Of a stretch of DNA of 32,000 nt, positions 17,246-26,575 are shown piece by piece; positions within the stretch are counted from its first letter, which is position 1, and each line of letters begins with the position of its first letter. A model generated the notes under the pieces. That model was not told the origin of the DNA. It searched no databases and was given only the letters and a program-made list of their open reading frames with translations. The stretch is taken from the NCBI GenBank assembly GCA_016933055.1, contig JAFGBS010000031.1, forward strand, positions 30,001 to 62,000. Reading direction: 5' to 3'. Source of the stretch: Promethearchaeota archaeon. GTDB taxonomy: Archaea; Asgardarchaeota; Lokiarchaeia; Sigyniarchaeales; Promethearchaeaceae. A program made the position numbers and the translations under genes.

Positions 17246-18120
17246 AGTTTGAAAGAGGTAACTTTAGGTCGTGAATCCAGTGTGGGGTATATAAGTCCAG
17301 GTAATGGTGGCATTGAATTATATACTTCATCGATATCTATGGTTGCAAAATTAACTCCTCGTTTTTTCTTCCATTCCACTAATCTGCCATTCACCATTAT
17401 ATTCTCCATTTCCATATTCATGGCAAATGCAGAAATATGAGCCCCAAGGGGAATTTTCTTGAGTTCCTCCCCGAATTGAGATAAGGTAAATGATAGTTTT
17501 CCTCGATCTGGTGCGCGCAATTGGAAGCACGGGATGATGATCGGATATCCATCTTCATCAATCCAGCTGAGGAATTTTGGATTGATTGGACCGTTAAACA
17601 ACTCAAATGGGAGAACTGGCAGTTTTTTTTCTGCATTCTTATCTCGTAATGCTCCAACGCCTATCATGTTTGCGATGATTCCCTTTACAATCCCTCCTAA
17701 TCCCAAAAGTCTGACAGGAGTTACTGCAATTACATCATTATAATATGCAGTATGTGCATTCATATAAGTATTATAACGAAGCAAATCCATTCTTGAAAAG
17801 TAATCTAAATCTTCACCCTCCTTAGAGAGGTGTGTAAACTTAACCTTCGTTTGAATGAATTTAAAAGGCATCTCGGCTGTCATCATTGCGATTCCTTGCC
17901 GTGGGTTCTCTTTTACGTACTTCTTACTCTTTCCTTCCGTGAATTGTCCCCAAACAAGCTTATCTTTCGCAATTGCGCGGTTAAAAGCGATAAACGTAAT
18001 ATGAGGCCATCCTCGCGGGTCAATTGTTGAAACAAATTTTGCTGCAAACTCTAATCGTGAAAGTTTGTATGCATCATCATCAAATTCTTCATTCCATGTA
18101 GATTTTGCTTTTTTAGGCAT
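17242..18120 (-). CDS. Tandem pyridoxamine-5'-phosphate-oxidase-like (FMN-binding split barrel) protein
   Basis: Two repeats: KFVSTIDPRGWPHIT...GKSKKYVKENPR and KFLSWIDEDGYPIIIP...YNSMPP; co-oriented 26 bp after the activase. Confidence 0.75.
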   Translation of the reverse strand: MPKKAKSTWNEEFDDDAYKLSRLEFAAKFVSTIDPRGWPHITFIAFNRAIAKDKLVWGQFTEGKSKKYVKENPRQGIAMMTAEMPFKFIQTKVKFTHLSKEGEDLDYFSRMDLLRYNTYMNAHTAYYNDVIAVTPVRLLGLGGIVKGIIANMIGVGALRDKNAEKKLPVLPFELFNGPINPKFLSWIDEDGYPIIIPCFQLRAPDRGKLSFTLSQFGEELKKIPLGAHISAFAMNMEMENIMVNGRLVEWKKKRGVNFATIDIDEVYNSMPPLPGLIYPTLDSRPKVTSFKL

Positions 18121-18146
18121 TTATATCACTTTTTTTCATCAATTCA

Positions 18147-19157
18147 TTAATTTTTTTGTACACCACAAGAGGGAGGTGCAAATTTTGAAATTTTCCTTTG
18201 TGAATCTTCAGTTTCAACAGTTTTCGTCAACCCTGACCATTTCACATTTTTTACTCCTGTAGATTTCGCAATTTCAAAAAAATATTCCATTTCTTCGGGT
18301 AACAATAAATCTAAGTCGTTGCATGCCCATTCCATGTCCATACGAGCATACTTTGCTTTGGCTAGATTATTAAATGCTAATAAATCCCAGCGATCAATTT
18401 TATTATCTAATTCATTGACGATAAAATTTCCAATTTCTCTAATATTTTTTTCTGACGCCGTATAAGTTGGAATTATCGGAGTTCTTACCCATATTTGTCG
18501 ATTTTCCTTAACAAGCCATTTGATATTTTCTAAGATTTGTGTATTTGATACACCTGTAAATTTTTGGTGCTTAATATCATCAAATTCCTTAAGATCATAC
18601 AACCATAAATCTACATAGGGAAAAATTTGTGCATATTTCTCTTTGGGTAGGTATCCGCTTAAATCTAAAGCAGTGTGAAATCCATCTTCCTTGCATCTTT
18701 TGAAAAATTCCGTTACAAAGTCAGATTGAACAGCAGCTTCTCCCCCGGAAGCCGTTATCCCCCCTCTTGATTTCACATAATACGCTCTGTCCTTCGCAAC
18801 TTCATTAAGTAGATCTTCAACTGACCAATATTCCCCTAGCATTCGCAATGCCGTTCCAGGGCACGCTTCTACGCATTCTCCACAAGCAATGCACTCATCT
18901 CGATCGATATGCATTCCTTCTTCATCGAGAGATAAAGCTTGTTGTTTACATAAATCAATACATGTCCTGCAACCGATGCACTTCACTTGGAACCATTGGA
19001 TTGAGGGCTTTTTGAATAGAGATTCTGGATTATGACACCATACACACCGAAGGGGGCACATTTTAAAAAAAACTGTTGTACGAATCCCTGGTCCGTCTTC
19101 AGTGGACATTTTCTGTATCTCAAATATGTACCCTTGTATGGATTCCATCATTTTCAT
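18147..19157 (-). CDS. Glycyl-radical enzyme activating enzyme (radical SAM, with 2x[4Fe-4S] ferredoxin insert)
   Basis: DGPGIRTTVFFKMCPLRCVWCHNPE (CxxxCxxC); CIGCRTCIDLC and CIACGECVEAC; GGITASGGE; IWVRTPIIP. Start could be 19157, 19151 or 19148. Confidence 0.95.
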   Translation of the reverse strand: MKMMESIQGYIFEIQKMSTEDGPGIRTTVFFKMCPLRCVWCHNPESLFKKPSIQWFQVKCIGCRTCIDLCKQQALSLDEEGMHIDRDECIACGECVEACPGTALRMLGEYWSVEDLLNEVAKDRAYYVKSRGGITASGGEAAVQSDFVTEFFKRCKEDGFHTALDLSGYLPKEKYAQIFPYVDLWLYDLKEFDDIKHQKFTGVSNTQILENIKWLVKENRQIWVRTPIIPTYTASEKNIREIGNFIVNELDNKIDRWDLLAFNNLAKAKYARMDMEWACNDLDLLLPEEMEYFFEIAKSTGVKNVKWSGLTKTVETEDSQRKISKFAPPSCGVQKN

Positions 19158-19181
19158 CTATCGGATAAAATTAAAGAAAAA

Positions 19182-21689
19182 TTAAAAATTGTGCATCTCA
19201 CGTTTTATTATCTCGTCTTGTAATTCTCTTCCTATAGCTACAAAATATGTATTATAACCAGTTACCCTTACAAGTAAATGTGGATAATTTTCAGGGTGTT
19301 TCTGTGCATCTATTAGCATATTAGCATCTAGAATGTTAATTTGTAGAGCAGTCCCCCCATTTTCAATATATCCACGTAGGTATGCTTTGAATTTCTCTTT
19401 GGATTCTGGTTCTCGTAACATACTCGGATTAAATGTAATGGTGTGAGAGGCTCCATTTGGCAAGTAATTCACATATTTACCATCGTCAGTTTTCCCACCC
19501 AATGCATTTCCCACGGAATTTGTTACTGATGTTGGACCATTAATATCTGCACCGTTTGTGGGACAAATCGCGTTCGAAAGGAATGTGTTTGCCAATCTTC
19601 CATTAGGAGTAGCAGGAGTATAAGCAGCATCCTCTCCTGCCCAATAATTCCATGATAGCATACCACCGCGGAATTGGAAATCAGTATCCGTTTTGTATTT
19701 GAAAGTTTCTGAAGACCAAGTTTCCATGATGTTGCGAGCAAGCTCATCCGCTTCATCCAAATCATTACCAAATTTTGGACCTCGATTTTTTAGAGTGGTT
19801 TGCATGATAATATATTCTCTTTTACCTTGGAAGTTATTCACTAACGCTTCCTTCAATTCTGCAATCGTAAATTTCTGTTCATCATACACAAAATGCTTTA
19901 TTGCGAGAAGGGAATCCACGAGTGTCGCAAATCCAACTCCTTCGATGGTAATAAATCGGATTTCAGGACCTCCATTACGAATATCTAATCCTTGCTCAAC
20001 ACATCCTCGAACTAAAGTTGAAAGGTATGGAGTTGGCAGAAAGGCAGCACGTAAATTCTCGGTTTTATTATATACTTCGACCGTATATTGAATAATATGT
20101 TTTATCTGTTGTTCCCAAGCATTCCAAAATTCCTCCCAAGTTGCGAATTCTTCGGGATTTCCCGTTTTGGGTCCGAATTGAATCAGATTCTTTTCAGGTT
20201 TACCTTTAAAGAATTTGCTGGCACCATTCCAAAGAGTGAGTTCAACACTTTTTGCCAGATTAGGATTGCAGTTAACAGTCCCGGATCTATCATTTCCTTG
20301 CATCGTGTTTTCTAAACAACCAACACACGCATAATCCCACGCATCTTCTTTTGGAATTCCTTCAAGTACCATTCCTTCGATCGACCGTTCATCAAAATTT
20401 AATATGAAAGGTGCGCCTTGAGATCGCGTTATCATATCTACTAGTGTATCCAAAAGTTCATCGGGAGTGTTTCGATGTAAACGAACGTTCGGTTTTGGTT
20501 CTAATATTGGACTCCATTCATCAATTACTTCCAACATGGTATAGGTTAGTTCATTAGAAAGGTCTTCTCCATTAGGACCGCAACCGGATAACGTTAACAA
20601 TTGACCAAATCCTGCAGTTATACCTTGGTTGCCTCCTACACGCATTTGTCCGTCATATGCAGTGTTGCAATGGAACCAAAATGACCCTAAAATGTCTTTT
20701 GCGAATTCTTTGGTGATTAAATCTTTTTCTAGAACATCTTTCTTATAATAAGGATATAAATATTCATCAATACGACCAAAGCTATCGCCGGGACCAGGAT
20801 AGGATTCCTCCGCCATGATTAGCATATGTGCCATCCATAATGATTGCACAGCTTGCCAGAAGGTTTGGGCAGGTTCCCATGGAACGATTTCCAAGTTCTT
20901 TGCCATTTGCTCTAATTCCCCTTTACGCTCCAGATCTTCTGTTTCTTCTGCCACACGACGACATTCTTCCGCATATTTTTCAGCTAATTTCTTGGGTATC
21001 AAAGTTGCATGAATCATAGCCCGGACTTCTTCACCTTTAGCACCTCGTTTTTCGCGATCTGAGAGTTCATTATACTTATCCTGAGCTAGTTTGTGCACGT
21101 ATTTGAACCCTTTATTTATAATTGTGGGAAAATCTGGAATCAAATGACCACCTGTGGCACCTAAATTACCAAATCCGTATTCATGGAATTTCCAAACCGA
21201 AGGTCGGATATCTTTTACTAATTTTTTGTTAAATTCTTCCTCTTCCTTTTGTGTGAAACACTTGCTTAATTGCAAATTAAAACGACTTCCAGCAAGCAAT
21301 GAGGGTCCAACAATTTCTTGAGGAGTATTGTTCACCATCGCTTCCTCAAAAAAAATCATTCGCCGTTCGGGAAGTGATTTTTCCCAGAAAATTTTTGGTA
21401 ATTTGACGGGTTTACCCATTAAATCTATGGAAGAACCAAAAGGTCCTCGTTTCTTCTTCCCCATAAACCCCATTGCTTCGGGTACGATGTAAAAATCTAA
21501 CTCCGCCCATATTCTGTCCCATTCGACGCCTGTGGAGTACGGGTCATATTCATTATTCCACTCACGATCTAAACCCCTAAAATAATAGTCTCGCAACCAT
21601 TTCGAACGTGGAGATAGATCATGTGGTTCTGCAAGATTGTACTTGCTTTTCAAAGAAGTAGTTTCTTGTGGTTCTGAAGCATTACTCAT
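19182..21689 (-). CDS. Glycyl radical enzyme (PFL2/eliminase-like superfamily), substrate unknown
   Basis: Cys loop DYACVGCLEN; glycyl loop LLVRVTGYNTYF; PWEPAQTFWQAVQ, GRIDEYLYPY, KFGND, ATPNGR. ATG at 21689 preferred over the TTG at 21701. Confidence 0.95.
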   Translation of the reverse strand: MSNASEPQETTSLKSKYNLAEPHDLSPRSKWLRDYYFRGLDREWNNEYDPYSTGVEWDRIWAELDFYIVPEAMGFMGKKKRGPFGSSIDLMGKPVKLPKIFWEKSLPERRMIFFEEAMVNNTPQEIVGPSLLAGSRFNLQLSKCFTQKEEEEFNKKLVKDIRPSVWKFHEYGFGNLGATGGHLIPDFPTIINKGFKYVHKLAQDKYNELSDREKRGAKGEEVRAMIHATLIPKKLAEKYAEECRRVAEETEDLERKGELEQMAKNLEIVPWEPAQTFWQAVQSLWMAHMLIMAEESYPGPGDSFGRIDEYLYPYYKKDVLEKDLITKEFAKDILGSFWFHCNTAYDGQMRVGGNQGITAGFGQLLTLSGCGPNGEDLSNELTYTMLEVIDEWSPILEPKPNVRLHRNTPDELLDTLVDMITRSQGAPFILNFDERSIEGMVLEGIPKEDAWDYACVGCLENTMQGNDRSGTVNCNPNLAKSVELTLWNGASKFFKGKPEKNLIQFGPKTGNPEEFATWEEFWNAWEQQIKHIIQYTVEVYNKTENLRAAFLPTPYLSTLVRGCVEQGLDIRNGGPEIRFITIEGVGFATLVDSLLAIKHFVYDEQKFTIAELKEALVNNFQGKREYIIMQTTLKNRGPKFGNDLDEADELARNIMETWSSETFKYKTDTDFQFRGGMLSWNYWAGEDAAYTPATPNGRLANTFLSNAICPTNGADINGPTSVTNSVGNALGGKTDDGKYVNYLPNGASHTITFNPSMLREPESKEKFKAYLRGYIENGGTALQINILDANMLIDAQKHPENYPHLLVRVTGYNTYFVAIGRELQDEIIKREMHNF

Positions 21690-21765
21690 AATCCTAACCA
21701 AACCTTAAATACTCTAATCATAAAATAGGATTGAGAATTAATAATAGTTGCGAAATAAAATTTAT

Positions 21766-21781
21766 GGAAACTGGAGTTTCC
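21766..21781. promoter_or_regulatory. Perfect palindrome, candidate TetR operator
   Basis: GGAAACT-GG-AGTTTCC in the divergent GRE/TetR intergenic region, about 77 nt upstream of the GRE ATG. Confidence 0.55.
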
Positions 21782-21949
21782 TTAATAATTAGGATCGAAT
21801 CTACAATATTTAACGGAGAAGCGGAAGAAAAATACAACAATCTTTTAACTTTCCTTAATTTATAACAAAGTAAAAGATCATTCAAACCTCTCAAAACCAT
21901 CCCATCGAATGTTTTTTATAATCACAAAGCAGATTATCCATAGTGATTT

Positions 21950-22510
21950 TTGCCGATGTCAAGTTTCCAGAAAAAACAAGAAATTGCGGACGCCTTTATG
22001 GAATATTTTCGTAAATTTGGGATGAAAAAAACCATAGTAAATGATGTCGTAAAAAGTCTGGGAATGTCCAAAAAGACCGTTTATAAGTATTTTAAAGGTG
22101 GAAAAGAAGAAGCTTTATACTATTTTTTTCGCAAAGTTGCAGATTTTTATGTTAAAAATCTTGAGGATGACCTTAATTCCCTACCAACTGCAGAAAAAAA
22201 ACTCGTTTATGTTTTACAACAAATTTATGAAATTTCCCGTCCGCATATAGAAGCTAATGTCGCCGATGAAGAAGATTATGTAGTAGAAAATGAAATTGTG
22301 GGTTCTGCATTTCGGGACGCATATCAAAACATTGTAAAAAAACTATTAAAAATTGGGATGAAGACAGGGGAATTTAAGAATATAGATGTGGATCTTACAA
22401 TACACTTAATCTACGGCATGATATTGGAAAGTATGAAAATTATTCATCAAAATCACAAACGGAAAATCAAGGATGACGTTATCGATGCCGTAATGAAAAT
22501 TCTACAGTGA
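21950..22510 (+). CDS. TetR/AcrR-family transcriptional regulator
   Basis: IADAFMEYFRKFGMKKTIVNDVVKSLGMSKKTVYKYFKGGKE HTH; C-terminal GMKTGEF. Alternative ATG at 21956. Confidence 0.9.
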   Translation: MPMSSFQKKQEIADAFMEYFRKFGMKKTIVNDVVKSLGMSKKTVYKYFKGGKEEALYYFFRKVADFYVKNLEDDLNSLPTAEKKLVYVLQQIYEISRPHIEANVADEEDYVVENEIVGSAFRDAYQNIVKKLLKIGMKTGEFKNIDVDLTIHLIYGMILESMKIIHQNHKRKIKDDVIDAVMKILQ

Positions 22511-22573
22511 AGTAGGGAATTGAAAATTTTACCAATCTTATTGTTTAAAACAGAAATTGTCTAAATTATACTC

Positions 22574-23989
22574 ATGAGTATCGAGCGAGAACCTTTAACA
22601 GCTGTACTGTGTGGTGCCGGATCCCGAGGACTTGAAGCTTATGGAATGTGGGCTCTAAAGCACCCTGAAAGATTGAAATTCATAGCAGTGGCTGATCCTA
22701 ATTTAGAAAAAATCCAACGTTTTCAACAACTGCATGAAATCCCAGATAATTTTTGTTTCCAATCGTGGGATGATTTATTAAATTCCAAAATAGGAAAAAT
22801 TGCTGATTTGGCTTTTGTGTGCACACCTGATAGGTTACACTATAAACCCGCAATTGTAGCTTTGGAATTGGAGTATGATGTCGTCTTGGAAAAACCCATT
22901 GCTCCAAAGCTGGAGGAATGTCAACATATCGAACGTTTAGCCAAGGAAAAAAATCGATTAGTTCAAATATGCCATGTGCTTCGGTTTACAGACTTCTTCA
23001 AGAAAGTAAAAGAAATTATTGACTTAGGTGAGATAGGGAATATTTTACACTATGAACACAGTGAAAATGTATCCTATTGGCATTTTGGACATAGTTTCGT
23101 GCGTGGATGGTATAAAAATGCTAAAGAAAGCAATCCGGTAATTTTGGCAAAGTGTTGCCATGATTTGGACTTAATTCATTGGATAATTGGAACTACTTCG
23201 TTTGGAGTAGTGTCTACGGGAGACTTAACCTTCTATAAACCCGAGAATGCTCCCCAAGGTTCTCCTAAGAGATGCACAGATGGTTGTCCTCATTCTGAAT
23301 CATGTCCGTGGTATGCTCCTCGTATGTATATGGATCTCGAACCTCTTATCAGAACTGGTTTAGAATCAAAGTCTTTTTTGATTCAACTAGGAGCACGAGT
23401 TTTACTTCAGAAAAAACTCGTTAAATTCCTTAGCAGATTCATTCCTCCGTTACGTAAATATATGAAATGGGATCGATTTCCTGTTTCCGCAATAACGGAT
23501 GATTTTACTCCAGAAGGACGCATGAAAGCGCTACAAGAGGGACAATATGGTTTATGTATTTATAAAACCGGAAATGATGTTATGGACCATCAAGTTTCGA
23601 CCTTTCAATTTCCAAATGGAACTATTAGTACATTACTTCTGCATGGTTTCTCTGAATGGGAAGGTAGAGAACTCCGTATTATGGGAACGAAAGGGGTACT
23701 AAGGGGTATATTTCGAATTAATAATCAAGAAATTACTGTAACTGATTTTCGAACAACCACCACGAAAACACGATTCACAACCGGTATGGATATTTCAGGA
23801 CATGGAGGTGGAGACAATGGTTTGTTGATGGCTTTAACTTCGTATTTATTAGGAGAAAAAACTAAAGCAGAAGCTGGTATTACAGACATTAGTAGTGCGA
23901 TGGAATCCCATTATATGGGATTCGCAGCCGAAGAATCCCGGATACATCGAAAAATGGTAAAGATGGAGCAGATTCGACCGAAATCTTGA
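22574..23989 (+). CDS. Gfo/Idh/MocA-family NAD(P)-dependent oxidoreductase
   Basis: Rossmann CGAGSRG, VADP, VCTPD..H, VLEKP, HVLRFT, KCCHDLD, DHQV, GHGGGD. Confidence 0.92.
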   Translation: MSIEREPLTAVLCGAGSRGLEAYGMWALKHPERLKFIAVADPNLEKIQRFQQLHEIPDNFCFQSWDDLLNSKIGKIADLAFVCTPDRLHYKPAIVALELEYDVVLEKPIAPKLEECQHIERLAKEKNRLVQICHVLRFTDFFKKVKEIIDLGEIGNILHYEHSENVSYWHFGHSFVRGWYKNAKESNPVILAKCCHDLDLIHWIIGTTSFGVVSTGDLTFYKPENAPQGSPKRCTDGCPHSESCPWYAPRMYMDLEPLIRTGLESKSFLIQLGARVLLQKKLVKFLSRFIPPLRKYMKWDRFPVSAITDDFTPEGRMKALQEGQYGLCIYKTGNDVMDHQVSTFQFPNGTISTLLLHGFSEWEGRELRIMGTKGVLRGIFRINNQEITVTDFRTTTTKTRFTTGMDISGHGGGDNGLLMALTSYLLGEKTKAEAGITDISSAMESHYMGFAAEESRIHRKMVKMEQIRPKS

Positions 23990-23996
23990 TAAACAT

Positions 23997-25349
23997 TTAA
24001 ATTTTTTTTAAAATAATAGAATCGTCCTCTAACGTTATGGGATTGTACAGAATCTTATTCGCATTCAATTTGTCTGATTTTCTACCTCGCAATCTTCCCA
24101 CAATTTCATTCGTAATCCATTCAACTGAGCCGATGAAATTCACTTTTTCCCAGCCTTTCAAAATAAAATGCCACAAGAAGAAAACCAAAGGAAGATACAC
24201 GATAAAACCGAACATTTCGTTCGTTATGATACCTGCAGGATAGAATCCGGAAAAAATCACATTAAAAAGTTGAGCAATTCCAGTTGAAATTGTACTTTCA
24301 AATATAAAAATCGTTAGAGTTGACATACTATATCTTCGAACAAAAATGGTTTTTTGAGCAAGTTTAACTCGAGTTTTATCGTCTCGAAATTCAAATAAGC
24401 TAGTAAAAAACGTAATCAAACAAAATAACAAGCCTAAGTCCAAAATGTATAAATTAGGACTATATTTAGGTTCATTTAAAGAGGGAACGCCCAGGGGAAT
24501 CCAGAGAAAGAATCCCATAATCGTAAAAATTCCGCCAATAATATAACCGAAAGCCATGAATTTTTTCGGGTTAACTTTTCGCAAGATCATAATTCCAATT
24601 ACAGAACCAAACAACCCATAAGCAGCGTAGGGAAATATGCTATGACGGGGTCCAACTAATAAGGAAGTTAAATATGCTGTAAGATACTTTTCCGCTTCCC
24701 AGAAGGTGTCAATTTTCGTAATATGATCCGCAAATTCTGATGGAGGTCGGGAATGGATCTGAAAAATCCAATCCAATAAAGGCGTAAAGGCAAATATCAC
24801 TAGTCCAATTACCATTAAAATCCAATATATTTTATTACTTTTTTCATCTAATAAATTTCTTCTGAATATAATTAAAAATGTATTTGAAATAATCGTCCCA
24901 AATCCAATCATGATAAGAGCACTGTTGAAGAGTAATATTCGAGGGTCGAATTTATGGTAGGATAAAGTTTCCAAAAACCCGTTGATAATTGAATAATATT
25001 CTTGATCTCCCACCACACGATAGTGGCTAAATAAAATCATAAAAACATAATTAATTGTAATGATTGCCAACCCTGGTAGAATCGCACCTAAGAGGAGTTT
25101 TCCCGTTTTAATTCCTTTTTTCAATTGATTATACATTGCGGCAGTATTCGCAATTCCGCTGAGAAAAATGAATATAGCTGCCCATGAACCAATTATTCCT
25201 ATTGGATACGCAATTGCTTTAACAACGGGGGATACTGCATCTAATGCCTGTTGAGTTCCTCCAAAGATATTAAATGTCATTGCATGGAAGACAATTACGC
25301 AAAAAATCGCAATCCCCCGTAGGACATCTACAAACAATAACCTTCGCAT
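23997..25349 (-). CDS. Polytopic membrane protein, DUF1624/HGSNAT-like (acyltransferase-3 clan)
   Basis: RRLLFVDVLRGIAIFCVIVFH N-terminal motif; about ten hydrophobic segments; C-terminal GSVEW similar to DUF418-type GPLEW. Confidence 0.7.
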   Translation of the reverse strand: MRRLLFVDVLRGIAIFCVIVFHAMTFNIFGGTQQALDAVSPVVKAIAYPIGIIGSWAAIFIFLSGIANTAAMYNQLKKGIKTGKLLLGAILPGLAIITINYVFMILFSHYRVVGDQEYYSIINGFLETLSYHKFDPRILLFNSALIMIGFGTIISNTFLIIFRRNLLDEKSNKIYWILMVIGLVIFAFTPLLDWIFQIHSRPPSEFADHITKIDTFWEAEKYLTAYLTSLLVGPRHSIFPYAAYGLFGSVIGIMILRKVNPKKFMAFGYIIGGIFTIMGFFLWIPLGVPSLNEPKYSPNLYILDLGLLFCLITFFTSLFEFRDDKTRVKLAQKTIFVRRYSMSTLTIFIFESTISTGIAQLFNVIFSGFYPAGIITNEMFGFIVYLPLVFFLWHFILKGWEKVNFIGSVEWITNEIVGRLRGRKSDKLNANKILYNPITLEDDSIILKKI

Positions 25350-25530
25350 AATTTGTCACTCCAATTAGATCCAATCTAAGCTCTTTGAATAAATAGCATC
25401 TATAGGAATTAAAACCATAGTATTGTTTTGTAACATTTTTGTGAATTAGAATCCTCTGTTAACTAAAACTAGATTGGAATGAAAAGAAGGAAAAGAAAAA
25501 AATGTAGAAATGGAATGTCTAATTTTTGGT

Positions 25531-25971
25531 TTAGTGATATCGTCGACTGGTTGCAATTAGGTAAATAAATCCAAAAACACCAACGATTCCTACAAAGATA
25601 TAGACATATGTATACGCTACACCCCAAGCGCTGGCAACAATGCTGGAAACTGCAAGTGGAATCGCGTTAATGGCCATTAAAGAGAGTACAACAAGTGCCT
25701 GGCCTAAAGCCCACTCTTCTTCCGCAAACATGGCAATTCCGGCAATTAAAGCCCAAATACCTAATGCAATGTTAGACCACCCAGTAGCTCCCAATAATGC
25801 TTGTGCTTCAGTTGTCGCTCCTAATGTTCCTAATACCCATAGCGGCATTGTAATACCAAAGTAGGAAACCAGTAATGATACAACACCTTGTATTAAGAAA
25901 ATAGCTCCAAAGATGATTAAAAGCAGATTCAACATAGTACTAGATTGTTTTTTCTTCTGTGACATTTTCAT
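25531..25971 (-). CDS. Hypothetical four-TM membrane protein
   Basis: 146 aa, four Gly/Ala-rich hydrophobic segments, basic termini. Confidence 0.75.
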   Translation of the reverse strand: MKMSQKKKQSSTMLNLLLIIFGAIFLIQGVVSLLVSYFGITMPLWVLGTLGATTEAQALLGATGWSNIALGIWALIAGIAMFAEEEWALGQALVVLSLMAINAIPLAVSSIVASAWGVAYTYVYIFVGIVGVFGFIYLIATSRRYH

Positions 25972-26168
25972 AACCTTTTTAACATTTGTGTTAGTTTTAT
26001 TGATTTAAGTGTACATTTGTCTGGCTTAAACCAGACGAACGACTGAATATTACACAACTTACTCTGCATTTAAACTTAACGTGTCATTTAATAATCATCA
26101 TTTTGGAAATGGTACTTAGACGTAACAATAAACGGAAAAAATTTATGGAATAAACAATTGGCTATACT

Positions 26169-26555
26169 ATGAAAGAATCCGCTGAAAAAAGAATACAACA
26201 CATTGAAATAGATATCGACAAAATCATCTCGTTAAAACGAATTTCGGACCTCTTTCCCCAAGGAAAAATCTCAGAAATTTCGGGAAACCCTAAAGCAATG
26301 GATGTCTCGAAAATCGTACTCACCTCCCCTTTAATAAAAAATATACCAAATCTTGCCAATCCCGCTAATTCAATTTGTGTCTCCCCTCAAAATTCGTTAT
26401 CATCCCAAATAGAGAAGAGAAATGTAGAATTAACTAAAATCATCAAATCTGAGTTACAAAGTACATTCATAAAAAGAATTAAACCATTTAACATTGTTAC
26501 TCTAGTCCTAATTGCAGGGTGGTTATTTACCATTTTATTACTAACATTTCTATAA
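26169..26555 (+). CDS. Hypothetical tail-anchored protein
   Basis: 128 aa, soluble N-terminus, single hydrophobic helix at the extreme C-terminus (IVTLVLIAGWLFTILLLTFL); 20 bp before the methyltransferase. Confidence 0.6.
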   Translation: MKESAEKRIQHIEIDIDKIISLKRISDLFPQGKISEISGNPKAMDVSKIVLTSPLIKNIPNLANPANSICVSPQNSLSSQIEKRNVELTKIIKSELQSTFIKRIKPFNIVTLVLIAGWLFTILLLTFL

Positions 26556-26575
26556 GCGTCAATTGTTGAAGATGA

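Noticed and set aside
19059-19064. Activase has KM-CPLRC instead of the usual KG-CPLRC
   Set aside because: All three SAM-cluster cysteines are intact; a single substitution is not enough to claim altered function.
19182-21689. Pyruvate formate-lyase or alkyl/benzylsuccinate synthase
   Set aside because: Lacks the adjacent Cys-Cys pair of PFL; has a CxE loop and no small-subunit genes, unlike fumarate-adding enzymes.
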